Source of the DNA: Methanobacteriota archaeon
GTDB taxonomy: Archaea; JAADCQ01; Methanopyri; Methanopyrales; Methanopyraceae
NCBI GenBank assembly: GCA_027064425.1
Contig: JAMOPO010000052.1
Coordinates: 1-64,000 of the forward strand
DNA length: 64,000 nt
Direction: 5' to 3'
How positions within the stretch are numbered: the stretch's first letter is position 1; each line of letters starts with the position of its first letter. The notes below the pieces were generated by a model. That model was not told where the DNA came from. It worked only from the letters and a program-made list of their open reading frames with translations, and made no database searches. Below, one piece after another: positions 58,430 to 64,000 of the stretch. A program made the position numbers and the translations under genes.

Positions 58430-59226
58430 CCGGGCGCACGGACGTGGACGAGGCCACCGAGGTCGCGCGCGAGGTCTGCCGGCTGTGCCGCGATTACGGG
58501 CTCGAGGTCGTCGTGGACGAGTCGCTGGGGATCGAGGGCGTGGAAACGGCGGACGTCCGCTCGCTGGGCGAGACCTCGGACGTGATCATCACCATCGGCG
58601 GCGACGGCACCATCCTCCGCGTCTCTCGCCTCACGTCCGAGCACGAGGTGCCCATCTTGGGGGTCAACCTGGGAAAGTTCGGGTTCCTCACCGAGGTCGG
58701 CAAGGATGAGATCCGGGACGCGGTCCGGAGGCTGGCGGAGGGGGAGTTCGAGGTCGAGGAGCGCAGCAAGCTGCTCGTTGAGGTCGGCGGGGAGGAGCGC
58801 GGAGACGTGCTCAACGAGGTGACCGTGATCACCAGCCGCCCCGCGAAGATGATCCAGTACGGCCTGCTGATCGACGGGTTCGAGGTCGAGCGGGCCTGGG
58901 CCGACGGGGTCCTGATCTCCACCCCCACGGGCTCGACGGCCTACTCCCTGTCCGCCGGTGGCCCGATCGTCGAGCCGGAGGTGGAGTGCACGATCATCAC
59001 GCCGCTCAACCCGTTCAAGCTCGAGGCACGACCGATGGTCGTCTCGATGGATCGCCGGATCGAGGTCGAGGTGCACGACCCGGACCGCGCCGAGGTCGTG
59101 CTCGACGGGCAGAAGTACCTCAAGTTCGACGAGCCCGTGATCGTCAGGCGCTCCCCGAGGAAGGCCCTGTTCGTGCGGTTCGACTCCTCGTACTTCGAGC
59201 GGCTGAGGGAGAAGTTCTTAGGGTAG
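58399..59226 (+). CDS. nadK: NAD kinase
   Basis: GGDGT, GKFGFL, LNE, STPTGSTAYSLSAGGP. Confidence 0.96.
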   Translation: MPRAPRTVGITGRTDVDEATEVAREVCRLCRDYGLEVVVDESLGIEGVETADVRSLGETSDVIITIGGDGTILRVSRLTSEHEVPILGVNLGKFGFLTEVGKDEIRDAVRRLAEGEFEVEERSKLLVEVGGEERGDVLNEVTVITSRPAKMIQYGLLIDGFEVERAWADGVLISTPTGSTAYSLSAGGPIVEPEVECTIITPLNPFKLEARPMVVSMDRRIEVEVHDPDRAEVVLDGQKYLKFDEPVIVRRSPRKALFVRFDSSYFERLREKFLG

Positions 59227-59328
59227 GCGGGTGGCCCCGCGTGCGCCGGCTGGCCCGACGGGCCGCCCGAGCGGCCCTCCGAGCCCTGGTGTGCGGACGG
59301 ATCACGCCGGCGCTCTCGCGGGTGTCCT

Positions 59329-59604
59329 TCATCCTCTGGAGGACCCTCTACCGCGAGGGTCGCAGAGCGAAGACACCACCCTGAGCGCCCGGACGGCCAA
59401 CCGCACGTCCTCCTCGCGCACCGTTTTACGGCCCGCGTGCCGCGCGGCGATCACCGACAGCTCCGCCAGGACCCGCCCGAGCTCGTCGATCAGTCGGTAG
59501 TACTCCTCCTTCGCCTCCATCCGGACGCCCACCACGTCCCCCGCCGAGCGGGCGGACTCCCGCAGAATCCGCTCCAGCACGTTGGTCGGTAAGTCCACGT
59601 CCAT
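59329..59604 (-). CDS. Archaeal histone-fold protein (variant)
   Basis: LP...ERI...ARHAGRKTVREEDVRLA matches the HMf-type RKT..ED motif; GGAGGTG RBS. Confidence 0.85.
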   Translation of the reverse strand: MDVDLPTNVLERILRESARSAGDVVGVRMEAKEEYYRLIDELGRVLAELSVIAARHAGRKTVREEDVRLAVRALRVVSSLCDPRGRGSSRG

Positions 59605-59629
59605 GCCCACCACCTCCGGGGTGCCCGGG

Positions 59630-60019
59630 TTGCGGGCCTACGTCCTAGACACCTCCGCCTTCATCAAGGGTGCCGTCCCGCACCGAGGGCGGCTCTACAC
59701 CGTGCCCGAAGTCGTCGACGAGCTGCGCGACCCGCTCTCCCGAGCCCGGTACGAGTCCTCCGACGTCCGGGTCCGCGAGCCCGCCGAGTGGGCCGTCAAC
59801 CGAGCCCGGAGACGCGCCCAAGTCACCGGCGACGCGGACCGCCTGTCCACCACGGACCTAAAGGTCGTTGCGCTGGCCGTCGAGCTGCACTCCGAGGGGA
59901 AGAAAGTAACCGTGGTCAGCTCCGACTACGCGGTACAGAACGTCGCGAAGTCCCTGGGAATCGACGTCTTCGGCCCCGTGCACGGCGAGATAAGGGAGGT
60001 GAGGGGTCCAAGCCGATGA
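59630..60019 (+). CDS. nob1: Nob1-like PIN endonuclease (no zinc ribbon)
   Basis: VLDTSAFI, TGDADRLSTTD, SDYAVQNVAK.LGI. Confidence 0.85.
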   Translation: MRAYVLDTSAFIKGAVPHRGRLYTVPEVVDELRDPLSRARYESSDVRVREPAEWAVNRARRRAQVTGDADRLSTTDLKVVALAVELHSEGKKVTVVSSDYAVQNVAKSLGIDVFGPVHGEIREVRGPSR

Positions 60020-60873
60020 GCACCGTCGGCATCACCACCACCGTCACCGTGGCCGGCCTCACCGGGGTCAAGCGGGTCACCGCCCGCGTGGACACCGGCG
60101 CCCGCTACGACTCGCTGGACTACGCCCTCGCCTCCAAGATCGGCGCCGGCCCCATCGTCGACGTCAAGAAGGTCCGCTCCGCCACCGCCTCCCGACTCAA
60201 GGCCGAGCGCCGCCCCGTCGTCCCCATAACCGTCCGACTGGGCGACAAGGTCGTGCACACCCACGCCACCCTCGCAGACCGCCGCAAGATGAGGTACCCC
60301 CTGATCATCGGGCGGGAGACCCTCCGCCGAGCCGGCGTCCTCATCGATCCGAGCCTCGAGTCGGACGGGAAGGACGAGGAGAAGGAGACCGGGCGGCAGG
60401 CGGCCAGCATGCTCAAGCTGCACGCCAAGCTGCGCCGCGTGGTGCCGGAGGAGCGCGCCATCACCCCCGCCATCCTGGCCCTTCAGCACGGTGGGGCCTG
60501 GTCTTACCGGGACGAGGACGTCTCCTCCGTGGCCGTTCCCGTCCGAGAGGAGGAAGACGGGGCCATTCTCGAGCGGCTGTACCTGCTGGTTAACCCTCGG
60601 GTCGAGCGCTCCGAGGACCGCATCATCCGGCTGGAGAAGTGCGGAGAGAAGGAGCTCCGCAGGGTGGCCGAGCGCCCGCGGGTCCTCGAAGTCAGCCACG
60701 AGGGAGGGGCCACGATCCTCGTCGACCCCCGCCGCCGCGTCGTCGAGGTCTCCCGGCTCGAGCCCGGCAAAATCACCTTCCGGGGGACCGCCGCGGCCAA
60801 CGTCCACCACGAGCTCTCCCACCTAACCGAGGAGGAGTCCGGCCCCACCATCCTGGACTTCGAGGTGGAGTAG
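60016..60873 (+). CDS. Fusion of a RimK-associated DTGA protease-like domain and a peptide-deformylase-like domain
   Basis: ARVDTGA...ADRRKMRYPLIIGR; then LLVNP, LEKCG, HHELSHL. Confidence 0.75.
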   Translation: MSTVGITTTVTVAGLTGVKRVTARVDTGARYDSLDYALASKIGAGPIVDVKKVRSATASRLKAERRPVVPITVRLGDKVVHTHATLADRRKMRYPLIIGRETLRRAGVLIDPSLESDGKDEEKETGRQAASMLKLHAKLRRVVPEERAITPAILALQHGGAWSYRDEDVSSVAVPVREEEDGAILERLYLLVNPRVERSEDRIIRLEKCGEKELRRVAERPRVLEVSHEGGATILVDPRRRVVEVSRLEPGKITFRGTAAANVHHELSHLTEEESGPTILDFEVE

Positions 60874-60884
60874 GGTGACCGGCG

Positions 60885-61781
60885 ATGCCCGAGGTGCTCC
60901 GAGTCGCCACCCGGTCCAGCCGGCTGGCGCTCATTCAAACCCGAGAGTTCCTGGAGCACCTCCGCCACGAGCTGCCCCGTGACGTCGAGTTCAAGCTGGT
61001 AAAGGCCCGGTCGAAGGGCGACAGGGTCCGGGATCGCCCACTGCACCGGCTGGGAGAGAAGGGCGTCTTCGTCAAGGCGATCGACCGGCTGGTGCTCAAG
61101 GGCAAGGCGGACTTCGCCGTGCACAGCGCCAAGGACATGCCCTCCGATCCCGGCTACCCCGTCGAGTTCGCGGCCGTGCCGCCCCGTCGGGACCCCCGAG
61201 AGTGCCTCGTCTCGCGCACCGGGGCTCGCCTCAAGGAGCTCCCGAGCGGGTCCACCGTCGGTACCAGCAGCCCGCGCCGCCGCGCCCAAATCCTCCTCGA
61301 GCGTCCGGACCTGGAGGTTAAGCCCCTCCGCGGGAACGTGGACACCAGGGTCAGGAAGGTGAAGAACGGCGAGGTCGACGCGACGGTCCTGGCCAAGGCG
61401 GGGCTCGAGCGCCTCGGGATGGAGTCGCACATCTCGGAGGTGTTTGAGCCGGAGGAGTTCGTCCCACCCGCCGGCCAAGGGGCGCTGCTGGTCACCTGCC
61501 GCCGGGGCGACGACCGCGTCAAGCGGCTGCTGGAGCACGGGGACGACCCGCGGAGCCGAGTTGAGGTGGAGGTGGAGAAGGAGGTGGTGCGACGACTCGG
61601 CGCGGGGTGCGCCGAACCCGTCGGGGTGCACGCCCGCGCGCGGGGCTCCCGGGTTCACGTGATCCTGAAGCTGCTGGACGAGGACGGGGCTCAGGCCAAG
61701 CTGGTCCAAGGCAGGGGAGATCCGGAGGAGGTCGTGGAGGAGGTCGTCTCTCGGGCTCGGGGCGTAGGGTCAGTTGAGTGA
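60885..61781 (+). CDS. hemC: Porphobilinogen deaminase
   Basis: ATRSSRLALIQ, VHSAKD, GTSSPRR, RGNVDTR, GAGC. Confidence 0.96.
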   Translation: MPEVLRVATRSSRLALIQTREFLEHLRHELPRDVEFKLVKARSKGDRVRDRPLHRLGEKGVFVKAIDRLVLKGKADFAVHSAKDMPSDPGYPVEFAAVPPRRDPRECLVSRTGARLKELPSGSTVGTSSPRRRAQILLERPDLEVKPLRGNVDTRVRKVKNGEVDATVLAKAGLERLGMESHISEVFEPEEFVPPAGQGALLVTCRRGDDRVKRLLEHGDDPRSRVEVEVEKEVVRRLGAGCAEPVGVHARARGSRVHVILKLLDEDGAQAKLVQGRGDPEEVVEEVVSRARGVGSVE

Positions 61782-62583
61782 GCGCACCCTCTACCTCGTC
61801 GGAGCCGGGCTGGCGAACGTGCGCGACCTCACCGTCCGCGCCCTGGAGGTGCTGGCCCGGGTCGACCTGATACTGGTGGACACGTACACCAGCGTGTACG
61901 AGTTCCGAGAGGGGGAGCTCAAGCGCCTGCTGCGCGCGCTCGGCGGTGGGGGCCCGCCCAGGATCAGGCCGTGCTCGCGCGAGGACCTCGAGGACCGGTT
62001 CTTCGAGGTCTGCGGTGACGCGGAGGAGGTGGCCGTCCTGTGCCCGGGCGACCCGATGGTCGCCACCACGCACTCCGCGCTGGCCGTCGAGGCCGCCAAG
62101 CGCGGCTGGAGGGTCGAGATCGTCCACGGGGTCTCGATCCTCACCGCGGGCCCCGCGAGGTCCGGGCTGGAGCTGTACCGGTTCGGCCGCACCGCCACCA
62201 TCCCGCTGCGCGTCCGGTCCGTGTACCCGTACGACGTGCTGGAGGAAAACCTGTCCTCCGACCTCCACACCCTGTTCCTGCTGGAGGCGGTCTCCGAGCG
62301 CGAGTACGTCTCCGTGGCGGACGCGGCGAGGTACCTGCTGAGGCTGGAAGAGGAGGAGGGTCGCGGGGTAGTCTCACCCAATCACGAGGTGGTCGGGGTG
62401 ATCCGCCTGGGCTTCGAGAACGAGCGGCTGGTCCGTGGAACGGTCCAGGAGCTGGCCGACTGGGACCCGCCCGGTCCACCACAAGCTCTTATATACCCCA
62501 GTCCCAGGCTGAGGGAGCCGGAGCGAGAGTTCCTGAACCTGCTAGTACCTCACATCCGAGACGTGGCGAAGCGTGGGGAGTGA
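61774..62583 (+). CDS. dph5: Diphthine synthase
   Basis: [38 protein letters not shown]. Confidence 0.93.
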   Translation: MSERTLYLVGAGLANVRDLTVRALEVLARVDLILVDTYTSVYEFREGELKRLLRALGGGGPPRIRPCSREDLEDRFFEVCGDAEEVAVLCPGDPMVATTHSALAVEAAKRGWRVEIVHGVSILTAGPARSGLELYRFGRTATIPLRVRSVYPYDVLEENLSSDLHTLFLLEAVSEREYVSVADAARYLLRLEEEEGRGVVSPNHEVVGVIRLGFENERLVRGTVQELADWDPPGPPQALIYPSPRLREPEREFLNLLVPHIRDVAKRGE

Positions 62584-62942
62584 CCTTGGCCGAAGAGGAG
62601 GGTGGCGACTACCACGTCGTGCTGGAGGCCGCGTGGATAGTGTACAACGTTGATAGCGAGGATGACGCCATCAACATCGCGATCGCGGAGGCCGGTAAGC
62701 GCCTGAACCGTCACGGGCTGGATTACGTGGACATCGATGTCGGGTTCTACGAGTGCCCCGAGTGCGGTGAGGAGGTGGAGGGAGTGTGGATCGTCGCCAA
62801 CACCGCGCTGGTTAGGCTCCTCCTGTCCATGCGCGTGTTCAACGCCGAGAGCGAGGAGCACGCGATCCGGATCGCGAAGTACGAGATCGGTCAGGCCCTC
62901 GAGGACGTACCGCTGGAGGTCGTGGAGGTTACCCCGCTCTGA
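62580..62942 (+). CDS. DUF555/UPF0212-like conserved archaeal protein
   Basis: [38 protein letters not shown]. Confidence 0.85.
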   Translation: MTLAEEEGGDYHVVLEAAWIVYNVDSEDDAINIAIAEAGKRLNRHGLDYVDIDVGFYECPECGEEVEGVWIVANTALVRLLLSMRVFNAESEEHAIRIAKYEIGQALEDVPLEVVEVTPL

Positions 62943-62964
62943 GCCTGGTTTCTCCGAGGATCCT

Positions 62965-64000
62965 CTAAAGCCTGGTCCGGATGACCGTGTGGCCCCAGAT
63001 CGCGGCGGACAGGATCGTGAACGTGGCCAGCGCGAACGAGTTCATCGCCCGTGAGAACAGGAAGGCACCGATCAGCGACTGGACGGCGAAGGCGATCAGG
63101 CACCCGAACAGCATAGCCTCCCGGGCCACGATCCGGGAGGAGAACTCACACTGATGCATCTTGATGTATCGGGCCAGGCACCGGGAGCCCACGTACAGCG
63201 TGAGCCCCACCCACAGCGACAGCAGGAGCGAGCCGATGTACCCGAAGTCGAAGGCCCAGACGAAGACGCCGGGGAGCATGTAGTCGAGCAGGTCCTTTCG
63301 CGTGACCAGCGCGCCGTGCAGGGTGGGCACGTCCAGGTTGAACATGACCAGGTATCCCACGGGCAGCGTCACGAACCCGTCACCGAACCCGCGCCAGTGG
63401 TAACCTGCCGGGAGCGGCTTCGTCGAGTGCCCGATCAGGTGCGCGTTCTTCAGGATGAGGTCGAGGCCCGGGACCGTGTACTCGGCGAAGCGCTGGACTC
63501 GGACGACCGGGCTGAGCACGGGCTTGTTCAGCGCGCGGGCCAGTGCCTCCATCATCGCCACGAACCCGACCGCGATCACGGACACCGCGGCGATGGTCCG
63601 ACGGCTCATCCTAGCCGCGCGCATGGCGAGCGCTCCAACCCGCGTCTCCCCCTCCAGGTACCTGGCGATCAGGTACTCCGTGCCGACCCAGCAGAGGAAC
63701 CAGGAGAGCAGGTAGTCACGATGCATTAGCCCGCCAACCATGCCGACGTAAAGCCAGAGCAGGTTCAGCACCGGCCGGGTCCGGCGCGCGGCCGAGATGC
63801 CCCGACTCTCTAGGATTCCCACGAGGTACCGCGCCGAGGCCCAGGCGGCCAGCGTCAGCGGTCCGAAAGGATGGGTGAACTCGTGCCGAGGCATGGGCAG
63901 GAACAGGGACAGCACGTCCACGGAGAACAGCAGGGCCATGACCACCAGGGTGAAGATTGACAGCGAGAGCACGCGCTGGATGGTCACCGTGGAGTAGGCC
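62965..64000 (-). CDS. Polytopic membrane protein (frame open to the window edge, 5' end probably outside)
   Basis: Long ORF with multiple hydrophobic helices. Confidence 0.75.
   Translation of the reverse strand, partial: AYSTVTIQRVLSLSIFTLVVMALLFSVDVLSLFLPMPRHEFTHPFGPLTLAAWASARYLVGILESRGISAARRTRPVLNLLWLYVGMVGGLMHRDYLLSWFLCWVGTEYLIARYLEGETRVGALAMRAARMSRRTIAAVSVIAVGFVAMMEALARALNKPVLSPVVRVQRFAEYTVPGLDLILKNAHLIGHSTKPLPAGYHWRGFGDGFVTLPVGYLVMFNLDVPTLHGALVTRKDLLDYMLPGVFVWAFDFGYIGSLLLSLWVGLTLYVGSRCLARYIKMHQCEFSSRIVAREAMLFGCLIAFAVQSLIGAFLFSRAMNSFALATFTILSAAIWGHTVIRTRL

Overview
GC-rich, gene-dense chromosomal segment of a hyperthermophilic methanogenic archaeon, most likely Methanopyrus or a close relative. 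Support: split RpoB''/B', very acidic proteins, an ACDS operon, and both tRNA genes with C instead of U at position 8. From left to right: the RNA polymerase operon (rpoA' partial, B', B'', H) preceded by a polyferredoxin; the nurA-herA-mre11-rad50 repair operon; tRNA-Asp; a ~16 kb EppA-type type IV pilus locus (11 class III signal peptide proteins, prepilin peptidase, two TadC-like platforms, secretion ATPase, extra AAA+ ATPase); tRNA-Leu; an AglB/STT3-like membrane protein; aspS, hisD and CoA genes; alba; the cdh (ACDS) operon with a degenerate second CdhA; kor and sucCD; an eIF5A/polyamine cluster; an IMPase-MazG fusion with NAD kinase; a histone variant; nob1; a protease/deformylase-like fusion; hemC and dph5. 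The most unusual signals are (i) a conserved dyad with a compensatory base change just 3' of both tRNA genes, (ii) a 14-residue beta-strand motif shared by the termini of four ACDS subunits, including the apparently dead CdhA paralogue, and (iii) a large, inverted and apparently segment-permuted pilin-like protein. No CRISPR array, transposase or integrase was seen. All calls are by eye; no searches were run.
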